64,000 nucleotides of DNA from the human T2T-CHM13v2.0 reference genome, Homo sapiens. Numbering within the stretch: position 1 is the first letter of the stretch; the number at the start of each line of letters is the position of its first letter. The notes under the pieces were generated by a model, which was not told the origin of the DNA, did not search any database, and worked only from the letters and a program-made list of their open reading frames with translations. The translations under genes and the position numbers were made by a program. Shown here one piece after another: positions 34,525-49,430 of the stretch. The stretch lies in NCBI RefSeq assembly GCF_009914755.1, contig NC_060931.1, one strand, 5' to 3'.

Positions 34525-35067
34525 TCAACAGAAATTGCAAGTTCCCTGTCCTATGTTCTCCTAGCCTCTAAAATAGTGTGCACTATTGCCCATGTGAATT
34601 TATAAACCACAATTATATTTAGGCTTGGGTTTCATTCTGATTACATAAGACTAATTACTTAGGTAGATTAACAAGAAACAAAATCTGAAATCACATAAAT
34701 AATTCAGCTCACCAGCCCCCGTGAGCCAGTTTTTCCTTTGTTCTAATATAATCCAGGCACTCCCAAGCTTGAAAGTTGGTTGTAATCCAAAAGTTTGTTT
34801 GCAAGCCAATAGTTTGAAACTCAAAACATGTTTTCCTCATGTTGCTCTAAACTTTCCACAGACTTCTTTAATCCCCAGGGCCCCGTTCCTTCTGTATAAC
34901 TAGTTTTGAGTATTAGTAGAAAGCAAGCCAATTAAACATATTCATACTAATGTACGAGGTTTGATGATTTTCCAAATTCTCACAGAAGAATTTTCATCTG
35001 TTTTCATCAATTTCTCTGTCACTACTCTTTCTTTGCTTTGTAATCACACCTATAAAAAAAATAAGAA

Positions 35068-35350
35068 GGCCAGGCATGGTGGCTCATGCCTGTAGTCCCA
35101 ACACTTTGGGAGGCAGAGGTGGGTGGATCACAAGGTCAGGAGCTCAAGACTAGCCTGGCCAACATGGTGAAACCCCGTCTCTACTAAAAAATACAAAAAT
35201 TAGCTGGGCATGGTGGTGGGCGCCTGTAATCCCATCTACTTGGGAGGTGAGGGACAAGAATTGCTTCAACCCCGGAGGTGGAGGTTGCAGTGAGCCGAGA
35301 TCACACCACTGCACTCCAGCCTGGGCAACAGAGCAAGACTCCAACTCAGG

Positions 35351-35381
<31 letters not shown>

Positions 35382-35390
35382 TATACATAT
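35068..35390 (+). mobile_element. Alu (S-type) with A/(TA)n tail
   Basis: Two-arm Alu; tail aaaa(ta)n. Confidence 0.92.
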
Positions 35391-35439
35391 AAAATTTACT
35401 GGATCCTGTTTTTCAGCCAGGACTCTGTGTGTTGGAGGG

Positions 35440-36536
35440 CTTTAGAGCTCCCAGACCTTTCATCTATTACACTTTCATTAGTGTTCTCATCCAATCTGTC
35501 AGTTTTAAATACCACCTGTGTCCTGATAACTTCCTTCTGTATATTTCCAACTCTGACCCTGCCCTGAGCACAAGACCCTTATCCAATTACTTAGGAGACA
35601 CCTCCACTTGGAGGACTAATATCTCAATGTGTTCAAAACAGAATTTAAGGTGTTTCTCCCCAAAGGTTATCTTCCCCAAGACTTTCCCATCTTAACTAAT
35701 AACACCAACCACCATCCACACAGTTGTCAGCCCAAAAATGTTGGAGTCATCCCTGTTGCTTCTCTTGCCGTTGTCCACCACATAAATCACTGATTCCTCA
35801 TGACTCTAATTCCAAAATTCTTCTCCTCCTCTTCACACTCATCCAAGCCCCTCCCTGTCTTGACTGGACCACTGCAACAACCTCACCAATGTCCTTGTGT
35901 CCACTCTTGCTTCCCTATAATCCATTCTCCACACTGCAGCCAGACTGATCATTTAATGCACAAATCCAATAGCACCAGTTTATTAAAATTCTGCAAGATC
36001 TAGATCTTCCCACTGAAATTTGAATAAAGCCAAAGTCCTTACCATGACCTGAAAGACCTTCATGATGGGGCTGCTGCGTTGCTTTCCAATTTCATCCACC
36101 TCTATCTCCCATGTTAACTACTCATCAGCCCCACACTTGCCATGTCTGTCCCTGGACCTCCCCATTGCAGGGTCTTCACACTTGCTATTCTCTGCCTGGA
36201 ATGGTCATTCCCCAGGGCTTTGCTAAGCTACCTTTTTCTTACCACTCAGGCTTCCCCTGCTAAGTCCACTCCTCAGAGGGACTTTCACCGATGGTCCAAA
36301 GTAGTTCCCCTAACCCTCCCTCCTCATCACTCTCTTTCCCATCACCATATTTTGTTTACAACACTTATGACACTTATGATTCTATGAAATTATATTTTGT
36401 GTTTCCATATTTATGAGTGCATAGACTGAGCACAAGTTGTAACCTATCTTGTTCACTGATGTTTCCCAAAAGCCAAAAACAAGTGGGTGGCACATAACAG
36501 ACACACAATAAATATTTATTGAATGAATGACTGAAT
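35440..36536 (+). mobile_element. L2 3' fragment
   Basis: ctcatccaatctgtcagttttaaataccacc...; ends caataaatatttattgaatgaatga (the L2 terminal repeat). Confidence 0.8.
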
Positions 36537-36999
36537 CAAAATTAAGGGGGAGATTTGGAATGGTACATAATTAGGCAGTACAGTCATTTCTGGAAATGTG
36601 CCTTCGGAGTCACCTTCACACTTTGAAAACAGGAGTCTGTTTTTCACAAATTTTTCTAATTTTCTTCTTTTCTACACCCATATGTCTAATACCAGGTGCT
36701 TTGGCAGGAGGACTGGATCTAAATCGAGGGCAACCATTGATATAAAATATGATGTGTGGAATTGAGAATTTACCTGTACCTACTGAGATTTGTTTAGATT
36801 AAAGCTAAGAAAAAATTTCTCAGTCGAAGAATGATACAACCTCAAAATCATGCCAGTCACTTTCATGCCTGCAAATGACACCCGTTAGGATGTTTCCTTT
36901 AAGGGGCTTTCCAAGACTGCCAACCATTCCATTACTTATGAAAATTGCTATAACGGCAAATCTTGATTGAATCTTTACTCAGTTTTAAGTATTTGCTGT

Positions 37000-37170
37000 A
37001 TATTATCTGTTTAATGCTCTAAACTACCCTGTGAAATACTATGGTTCCCATTTTACAGATGAGAACAATTAAGACTCAAAGAGGTTACCTAACTTGCTCA
37101 AAGTTACATAATCGGTAAGTAGCAGAGCACAGATTCAAGTTCATGGTTCCAGATTCCAGAGGTTTGGTTT
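37000..37170 (-). mobile_element. MIR
   Basis: cccattttacagatgagaa...agaggttacctaacttgctcaaagttaca. Confidence 0.75.
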
Positions 37171-37595
37171 ACTCAACGTACATTATTATTATTATTATTA
37201 TTATTACAAATTCTGTGGCCAAACATTCATAGAATATTTCTGTGAAATTATTTTTTAAATAATTCTTGCTTAGTTTTTCAAACATTCGAGTATTCAAAGT
37301 TGGGCTGATTCCTCACATATAAATGGAACAGGTGACCTGCTTAGTGCTATTTTATAGCCCTAAAATATGAGAATGAAAAGTCCCCAATATAAAATTTCTT
37401 CCCTGAGCTGGCCTACCATACTTCCTGAATTTCTTTTAATTAAATTCATTAAAAGGGGGTCTCTTCTAGATACATAAGCATTTTAACTATCAGAACATAT
37501 GAAGGACTGTTAACATAAGAGTAACAATTAAAGAATAGTACCACCTTGGTATTTCCCAGTGCCCCAAGGGAAGGAAGAAATAGAGAGCTATCTGA

Positions 37596-37938
<343 letters not shown>

Positions 37939-38351
37939 TCACTTTTTGAGTTTCATCCAGTCAGAATACAGACAGAATAAGGGTACCCACACTTTTGGAG
38001 TATGGACAAAAGAGAGATTCTCTAGGGATTCTCCTCCAGTATTAAATGTGGTTATTGCCCAAAAGAGCAACATAGCACTATGCATAATGTCAATAGATGA
38101 GATTTGTCTTCAACACCAAAGAGGATTTGGTCCTAGAGATCAAATGTGGCCCCAACTACCATGAATGTGTCACAAGCTCCCTTTAGACACACTAAATGAT
38201 ACCTGGCCTAGAAGACTCTGTACCTTCCAGAATCTAGGATGACAGACAGCTTTCAATCTCATCGACTAGCTAAACCAAAGAAATTTACAAAGAAAACTCC
38301 CTCCTACTAGAATTCTTCTTAGATAAAAAGCACTTTGAGCCATTCTCTAAA

Positions 38352-38490
38352 CCAATGGTTTTCCAACTCACCAATCTAGGAGCTGGTTAAAACTGTAGAT
38401 ACCTAGATCTCATCCTGCAAAATCTGATTTGTAGATCTAGTATGGGGCAGGAATCTTCATTTTATCAAACATTCCAGATTACTCCAAGGC
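38352..38490. mobile_element. MER5A-like DNA transposon fragment
   Basis: caatggttttccaac...ggagctggttaaaa...aaatctgattt..gtagatctag.atgggg..caggaatct.cattt. Confidence 0.5.
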
Positions 38491-40157
38491 ATAATTTATA
38501 GCTACAAGGATGGATTATCTGTGTCTCTTTCAAAAATGACATTGTGTCTCAGAAAGGGAGATACACAAAGGGAGTTTTAACAGCAAAATTCTTTAATGTG
38601 CTCATAATATTAGTTTGTCAGCAAGGCTTTTTAGAGGAAAAAGCCTCTAAAAGAAAAAAAAAGACAACACGCATGTCTTATGGTAGAAGCCGTCTCTATT
38701 TCTACTATCCTAGAAGTTTATCTGAAATGAGCATTTAAAATAAGGTGATAACATTTTCATTCTGCCACCTTACAGACAAGGCATAGGGGCGTTTAGAAAA
38801 TCTCTTGTTTAGGTTCTCATGCACCCATGTGTAGTAAAACACTCACCTCTCCCTTTGTTAGTCCTGGTAACACATTCTATTTGTTATTTCACTATAAATG
38901 TGTAGATTTAGATGTACAAAATAAGTTTATTTTATCCTGTCTCTTTGTGTTAGTCCCTTTAGGCTGGTTTCCAGCTGACTTGCCTTTTGCAATACCGACC
39001 AAGAACCATTCCTAATCAGGAGAGGTTTCTGTAGCCTTCCTTTCCCCACTGCAAAGCTTTCTCTATCTCTGTGAGTTTCTTCCATATTTTCTATCCATAT
39101 TATCAAGAAGCTAAGCAGAGCATATAGGTAAGAAAGAATCAAGATATGGCAGCCCTCAATACAGTAATAATAAAAGCCACAGCTTTGAAAACTGCCTGAG
39201 AAGCAGAACCAGGCAGTTTATGGGTGTGTTTCCTAGTTCTCTTAAAAACCAAATGCAGTTCTTGACAAGAAACCACATTGTATTTCCAATAATAATGTGA
39301 TTATTGGCCAAAAGAGCAACATAGGTGGGTTTTCAATGAGTATTAACAGTGGGTCGATACCTTAACATAATAAAGGATGGACAGAAGGGAGCTAGGCCTG
39401 CACCATCATCTTTGCCCTAGGAGGCTGGGCAGCCAGGGAAGAACTGTGAGTGTTATTGCTGTGTTAAGGAAAGCAACACTGGTTACACAAAACAAAGAAA
39501 ACAGGAAAGACTTCTTTCCATGTTGGCTGCCATGGCAGCCACCTAGCTCTTGCCTGGCTCCTCCCCAGAGATTATCCGGAAGAGACAGACAAGGACAAGA
39601 TAAGAAGGCTAAATCAACCACTGAAGGGACCTAAAGAAGAGAAATCAAAGGACAGTTGATATCTAGGGCCTTCAGAAGATTCTAAAATGGAAAGCAAGTG
39701 GTAACAAACTCCAACATGTAGGAAAAGACCATTCCAGCCAGCTTTCCACTGCAAGGAAGACCATGTAGGGGAAAACACAGAGAGGAAGGCAGCTCACGTT
39801 CCAACCCTACAATCTCATGTCTTCTGGGCAAATTGCATAATTTTTCTGAGCTAGAGTCTCCTCATTCATTGACTGATAAGTTTCCATTCTACTTATCTCC
39901 TAGGTGATTAGATGGTATCTTGTATATGAAAACATTCTATAAGATCCAAAGAACCAAATAAACGTTAGTTGCTTATTTTCTCCTCCTATCTGTTGAGAAA
40001 AGGATTTAGGGTGGGAAGAGGTCTCTGGGTTGTATATGGATGATATACAGATGAGCATGGGAATAATTTTAATGACTACCTCTATGGGGAAAGATACTCT
40101 GCCTTCTAATCAAAGAAAGAAACTTACTGAGTAAGGACTTGGAAAGTTGTGATTTGA

Positions 40158-40513
<356 letters not shown>

Positions 40514-40903
40514 TCCTGTTAGTGACTTTAAAATATTTGTCATGATACCAAATTACTCCTCTTCATATATCCCAAATGGGTGAAACTCCTCAAGACCAAC
40601 AGTGACATGAGAGATTGTTGGCCTGTACATTTCTCCCAGTTAGGTGTTCAGTTCAAATGCCTCCAGCAGCTTAAACCAGATTTGAAGGATATGGTTTAAC
40701 TATGTTACGGAGTTACAGCACGGGTTATTCTACAATAAATACTTGTTGAGTGGAACTGAATTTCAGTTTAGCTCACCCTAGCTAATTGGGTCTGATTAGG
40801 TAAGGACAAATTCTGTAGCAGACCAGTTTTTTCCATGTGTGGGCCTTGGCCTACTTATACAGAATCCACCTGGAGAAAAAGCGTAAAGAAGATTACTGTC
40901 CCT

Positions 40904-41192
<289 letters not shown>

Positions 41193-42979
41193 TCAACCCC
41201 AGATAGTCCAACACCTCAAAGTCCACACTTCCCCTCCAGGGTCTTCAACATAACCCTCATCGGCATCAGCCCCCATCCCACTTACGTTTCTCTCAGCACT
41301 CACTCATTAAAGACGGTATCAGGGCTTTTGCTTGTACTCTCCCTTCTCTAACTGAACCCTTTCTTCCGGCTCCATTCTCCATCCTTTGGGTCATTTACCT
41401 CCCACAAACACAAGTTCTGAGTTGAAGGCCCTTCTCCCTTTCTCATTAATATTTCCATTTTCAGAGGGACCTAACAAGGATGTCTGCCTCTAGACATTTA
41501 TGTCTAATGCTTACCATTACTGTTATAGTGGGAATGTTAGGACAGGTAGAGATTTTAGCATATCTCAAATCATGGGAAGAAGCTATTTTCTCAGTTATTG
41601 ATTTCAGAGAAGCCTCTACCCCTGTGGGACTAGAAACCAGGTCTCCTAACTCATAATCCAATTATCTTCCCAGCTCACCTGCTGATTCTTGGATCAGACT
41701 GAGGCTTAAGTCTGACAGTCTGATTTTTCCTTGCATTAAAAACACATTTAAAAAAAAAAACCTTCTGATTTGGTTACCTAAACTCAGTGACCATTTCTGA
41801 TGTTTATAGCTGGGTATCAAATAATTCAAATGGCATTTTGAGCTTTAAACACTTTCTGTAAATATCAGTACTAAAAAATGCCTTGACATCACTGAACTAA
41901 ATAACAATTATTTTAGTGTTATTTTTGTTTTTATATTTTATACTGTGTTTGATCTTTGTAAAGCCAACAGGATTCAGGATCTGAGGTCTAGGTCACTGAA
42001 GAGATTGCATCAGCATCAACATCTACCCTTTGATAGGCCCCATTGAGGGAGAAATTCACAAGGAGCCCAGACGTGTTTACTTTGCTGTTATCCAGCACTG
42101 CAAACAAGCAACTGGGTTCTGTGATGACCCTTTACTGCCTAATGTTTAAATATTGCCAGCGACACTGGTCCAGTTTTAGCCTGATTGTGCCGTTAGCTTT
42201 GTTACTAAGATGCATTGTTTTGCATTCTAGTACACTACTTTCATATCTAAAATGAAATCGAAAATGAGAGGAAAATATTTAACCGTGGTCAGGTCCTGTG
42301 CCACAGTCGAGTAAATATTCTGTGTGCTTCCAAACATCATTTGCACACTTACCATTTTATAATTAACATGTTTTGAAACTGAGATCATAATCAATAACAA
42401 ACCTAAAAGATCAAAGTTCTTCTTTCAGTCTTTTTAGTCAGATTTTGCTTTGGGAACCTGAGGAAAATACGATCCCCATGATTTGCTCTCTAAATAATGT
42501 AGCATATCAGACAGATAACCAGTCATTTAGCTTCAGTTATCTGTCCTAACTACATTATATGCAAAACAAACAAACAAAAAATCATATCTACTGTGTAAAT
42601 CCAGATCTCACTACTGGAGATTCATTCTTCCTATTGTCAGTTGAATTCTCTGTCAAATCTCCAAGCAAGCAAGCCTCATATCAAGATGACTAAGAAGTTT
42701 TATATTCACTAGTTGGGACCTTTGATCTGTGGCTCTAATTGGAAGAGACATTTTTAAGATTACCCAAGCTCCAAAGTTCATTTTGGTGTACAGAGCAAGG
42801 AATGATTACTACATGGTAGAAATTTTTTAAAGAGATAACTTGGTGGGTCTTCAGCGTTAGGGGTGCCGTCTACATCAAAAGATTATATTCCTGTGCCTGC
42901 TTTTTTCTTTACTTTTAGAGTTCTACTGTTTTACAAAGGATCGATGGACCTAAGATTCAAATGCTTTATCTTTTGATAG

Positions 42980-43136
42980 AGTTTTTACTGCAATTGCATA
43001 TGGAGCTATGGCCATCGGAAAAACGCTCGTTTTGGCTCCTGAATATTCCAAAGCCAAATCGGGGGCTGCGCATCTGTTTGCCTTGTTGGAAAAGAAACCA
43101 AATATAGACAGCCGCAGTCAAGAAGGGAAAAAGCCA
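42980..43136 (+). CDS. ABCB5: ABCB5 coding exon (probably exon 24), 157 nt, VFTAIAYGAMAIGKTLVLAPEY...QEGKKP
   Basis: Acceptor ttttgatag|A and donor CCA|gtaagc; TM12 and the APxYxKAK motif. Confidence 0.96.
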
Positions 43137-43165
43137 GTAAGCACAAGTGTGATCTTAAATGTCCA

Positions 43166-43404
43166 AATAAAGATGGCAACAGTAGGAACTGGGGGCCACT
43201 GAAGATGGGAGGGAGAGAGGGGGCAAGGGCTGAAAAACTAACCATTGGGTGCTATACTCAGTACCTGTGTGACAAGATCATTCATACCCCAAACATCAGC
43301 ATTACGCAATATACCCAGACAACAAACCTGCGCATATACTCCTGGATCTAAAATAAAAGTTGAAAAAATAAAATGTAACATAAATGAAAAATAAAAATAA
43401 AAAA
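43166..43404 (+). mobile_element. L1PB-type 3'-end fragment with poly(A) signal and tail
   Basis: gggctgaaaaactaaccattgggtgctat...aacaaacctgcgcatatactcctggatctaaaataaaagttg; TSD taaatgtcca (43156-43165 / 43405-43414). Confidence 0.85.
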
Positions 43405-43947
43405 TAAATGTCCACTTATTAAATGAAGGCTGTCTTTGGAAAACTCTGCAAAAGATAATGTCATAGTAACATAAAGAGTTAAAAGTTTGTGCAAAATAAT
43501 TTTATGGCTGCAAACGGGGAAAAGGGGTCTTGTCTTAATCAAATTTTTACCTCTACAACTAAAATTTATATTTCATATTTTAAAATATATGCTTTTAATT
43601 TATATGCCTGATGCTATGAGAATGTTCTTGAAAAAAAAGATTGATTCTTATACTGAATGCTACTGAGAAACTAAAGTTTTGATCTTGGATGAAGATTCGT
43701 ATTAAGGTTTATTTGTTTTTTTTTCTCTGATAATATATGCAAAGTAAATAATATTCTGCTGCTTCAGACACCATTTTTCATGGGAAATATATTTACAAAC
43801 AAAGGGGAAAAAAAGGAAAGTATACCTATTAAATTGATGCACACAAACAAATTTAGCCTCAAACTCTAAAAGACTGTGAATATTAAAAGAGAAATAATAG
43901 GTAGGGTGTATAATTTCAAAATAAATCTCTCAATAATAGTCTTATAC

Positions 43948-44344
<397 letters not shown>

Positions 44345-44819
44345 TTAGGTATATACTTAAATGTTTTTAACTTATAATTATTTCCCTCTAGAATTTTAAT
44401 AGATTTATATGTATGACAGCTTAAAATACAGCATTACTAGAGCTACACAATGGTTAAGAAGAATGCCTGTTAGTGACAGAAATAAGACTATCTGGAAATT
44501 CTCAAAATAGAATGCTTCAAAGATACATCACAGTCAAAATAAGATTTTGTTCTTGTATTTTGGAAAGTAAAGGATGTAAGAAGCTTTTTTTTAATTTTAA
44601 GATTTATATGTATAACAGTATTGCTACTCCTATTTCTTTCTGCAGATTATAACAGAGGAATTGAGTATCTCACTGATCTATGTCCTTACAGAACCATAGG
44701 CATGGCATAGACTATGGAAGTGTTTCTTATAAAGGCTATAAAATTAATGAATTTAATCCTTATTTTATTTAGTATGTAAATGTTTCTGAATATCACTCTA
44801 CGCTTTTAAAAATTAAAAT

Positions 44820-45129
<310 letters not shown>

Positions 45130-46043
45130 TCAAACAAAATTGGCAAATATTGAAATTCCAGCTGGGTGATAGGTATGTGGGCCATTTATTAAATTTTTCT
45201 CTCTATTTTTATACTTTTGGAGTTTTTCATATTAAATAGAATTAAAAATCGTAAGAATAAATTTTAAATGTATTAAATTTAGAAGTTTTCTAGAATACCT
45301 CTGTGAGCTATTATACAAAATACTTACAAGAGCATACATAAAAATAATTGAATTCTTCATGTTTCTGCGGTATTCTGTTTTTTTAAAACCTTTTTTATAC
45401 AAATGCAGAGAGGGAAGTACACCAAAAAAAATTTAAAAAATAAAACAAAAAGAAATTTTTTATACAAATAATATTCATAGGTTGTAGGGGGCAAATGGAA
45501 AATACTCACTACACTAAAATAAACGACTACTACACTACTTTTAAATTTTGGCAAATATCCTTCCAGATTTTTTTTTCTATTTCTAGATCTCTTAACCACA
45601 TCTTAACATCAAATTCTTTTAACAAGAAAATAATATCATAAAATTTTTTTTGTTTACTCCTCACCCCTACCTGCCCTTGCTTCTTACCTATAATATGATG
45701 GGCTCAGAATGGGTCAAACATGACTAGTAAACCTGACTGTAAGGATGTGTTTTAAAATCCAGCCATCACTACCACCACACACACATGCACACACACACAC
45801 AAATCCACTACTCCTTAGTTGTTTAGTCTAACAACAAAAATTAATAAGACTTAAAATGCAATTGAGAAGAACACAAAGATCAAAAGAACTTAAAATCTTA
45901 TGAACCAAATATATAAAGGGAAAGTTAATCATTTAGTGATAGTTCTGGAAAGTCTTTTTTAAACATCCTGGTGTAGATGAGTATTGGTTTAGAAATCATT
46001 AACCAGTAAAGAGATTGATGCACAGAGAGAAACTAAATGTTTA

Positions 46044-46448
<405 letters not shown>

Positions 46449-46868
46449 TTAGAGAAATAACCCTCATACATATAGTTTATGAGAACCCCAGCTCTTCTGA
46501 ATTAAGCAATAAAGGTTTGTAAAGCACAAACCACATTAAAAAGAAAAACGTATTACCCAGATAAGCTGGTCAAACAACCAACTGCGGAATGGAACTGTCT
46601 GTGCAGCAAAGCTGAAGGAAGCAAGTGGTTTTTAGAAACTCAGTGAAGTCAGTAGTGAAGATAACAAGAAACACAGACACAAAAAAACATAAACAAAAGT
46701 GACAGAAACCCACTTGCAGTCAACAGCTCTACAGAGATGCATACATGTTTAAAATTAAAAGGGCTCTGGAAACATGCACAATTTTCAAAATGAACTTGGC
46801 CAGTATGCTACAGTGTGTTACAACCTTCCCAAGTCATTCTTCCCAACTCTGTCAACTTCCTTTCACAG

Positions 46869-47066
46869 GACACATGTGAAGGGAATTTAGAGTTTCGAGA
46901 AGTCTCTTTCTTCTATCCATGTCGCCCAGATGTTTTCATCCTCCGTGGCTTATCCCTCAGTATTGAGCGAGGAAAGACAGTAGCATTTGTGGGGAGCAGC
47001 GGCTGTGGGAAAAGCACTTCTGTTCAACTTCTGCAGAGACTTTATGACCCCGTGCAAGGACAAGTG
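46869..47066 (+). CDS. ABCB5: ABCB5 coding exon (probably exon 25), 198 nt, NBD2 Walker A
   Basis: Acceptor tttcacag|GAC and donor GTG|gtaaga; A-loop YPCRPD and Walker [10 protein letters not shown]. Confidence 0.98.
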
Positions 47067-47918
47067 GTAAGACAGAACTGAAACACACCTAATCTGGGGG
47101 TTAGCAGTCCTATTCTTAAACATTCACTAGGGCTTAAGCATCCCCACTGGTTTGGGTGGGGCAAACAATGCAGAAGTTAAAAAGAAAAAAAATCTCTGTG
47201 TCAACCCTTAACTAAGAGGACAAGCAAACCATCACAAAAATGATGGTTAGGACTCTGAAGTGAAGCACAAAGGTCCAAAGATTCTTCAACCATTCTGGCA
47301 GCAGAAATGTTGATCTTAGCCATGGAATTACTTTAGAACGTGGGTGCTGGAGATCTGGTCTAATGTTCACATCGTGGCTCCGTATTCTGTTGTGGTTTAA
47401 GACAGAGAGAACACTGTCCTCCACCTCCTTAGTTCAGGCTTCTGCTTTCCCACCACTCATCCCCACCTCCCAACTGTCAAAACTTTATGCACGGTTAAGG
47501 CTTATTGGAATCAGCTCCATGAAGTCATGCCTCTAATATCTAAAATAATGTAATCTCCCCATCCTTCGAAACTAAGGATTGTTTTTCTTACCTGGCACTT
47601 GTCTTACTATACCTTATATTGTGGTTTTTCCATTACCTTGTCCTCCCCCCACCACCCACCACCACATCAGCACACCCACACAAAGCTTCCTGTCCTGCCT
47701 CCTGCCCGTACAAAAAAGTTCCTAAAACTCAGACTGCCATGTTAGTCCTCATTCTCCTGCAACGTACAGTCTTTTCGCCCTTACAGATTCTCAATGAGTG
47801 TTTGCAAAACAGAGTTTAGGGACTCAAGGGAGTCCTAAAGGGCTCCCTTGAACTATGAGACACTCATCTATTCGCACATAGCATAGCACACTCCCTCTTC
47901 TAAACCTTCCACAGTTAG

Positions 47919-48320
<402 letters not shown>

Positions 48321-48608
48321 GTCTCCTCATGTTCTTTAAACACACCTATGAACCTTTCTTTTGCTATTGCCCTGACCAGAATGTCCCCTTTGCAGGCTCC
48401 TTCTCACTGTTCATGTCTTAGTCTGAACGTCCTTTCCTTAAGGCCTTCTTGTACAACCCCCTTCTCATGCCTCTCCATACCCTCCCCACTGCCTCAGTCG
48501 CTGTACCCTGTTACCCTGTCTTTAGGGTACTTTCCTCCCCTGAGTTTATTGAGTTATTTGTTCATGTGTTTATTGCATGCCTCTCTGCTAAAATATAAGC
48601 TACATCCA

Positions 48609-48780
48609 TGGGGGGAGGGGGGAGGGACAGCATTAGGAGATATACCTAATGCTAAACCATGAGTTAATGGGTGCAGCACACCAACATGGCACATGTATAC
48701 ATATGTAACAAACCTGTACGTTGTGCACATGTACCCTAAAACTTAAAGTATAATAATAATAAAATTAAAAAAATATATAT
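48609..48780 (+). mobile_element. L1PA3-like 3'-end fragment
   Basis: gggggaggggggagggacagcattaggagatatacctaatgctaa...cacatgtaccctaaaacttaaagtataataataataaaatt; TSD atataagctaca. Confidence 0.88.
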
Positions 48781-49223
48781 ATATAAGCTACAAAAGGGAA
48801 AGAGCTTTCTCTTATTGACCACTATTTCCCTGGTACTGGAAGAGTCCCCCTCACGTAGTGAGCATGCTCATCAAATATGAGATGGTGTTGTTAAGAGTGT
48901 TGTTATCTATTTATGTGAATAAACATGGCTGTGTGCAAGATGACACAGCTTTACATGTGGAGTACTGTATCATCTCCACCTACTTTTTACTGGGCTTTCA
49001 GAAAGTCAGGTCCTGTTACAGTGGAGGGGGCAGTAGTGAGTTACATGCTGTTTGCTTCTATACAACGTATGATTTATGAGCCTTCCTTGGGTAACTTTAT
49101 ACTTTGAAATAGCTTGAATTCCTATCCTTCTTGTTATGATTTGTGTGTGTTTGAATACAGTGAACTGTAACATGATACAGTTGTGTGATCTTAACACACC
49201 ATTCTCCAATCTGCTTTTGGCAG

Positions 49224-49430
49224 CTGTTTGATGGTGTGGATGCAAAAGAATTGAATGTACAGTGGCTCCGTTCCCAAATAGCAATCGTTCCTCAAGAGCC
49301 TGTGCTCTTCAACTGCAGCATTGCTGAGAACATCGCCTATGGTGACAACAGCCGTGTGGTGCCATTAGATGAGATCAAAGAAGCCGCAAATGCAGCAAAT
49401 ATCCATTCTTTTATTGAAGGTCTCCCTGAG
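49224..49430 (+). CDS. ABCB5: ABCB5 coding exon (probably exon 26), 207 nt, NBD2 Q-loop region
   Basis: Acceptor ttttggcag|CTG and donor GAG|gtaaga; LNVQWLR...[19 protein letters not shown]. Confidence 0.98.
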
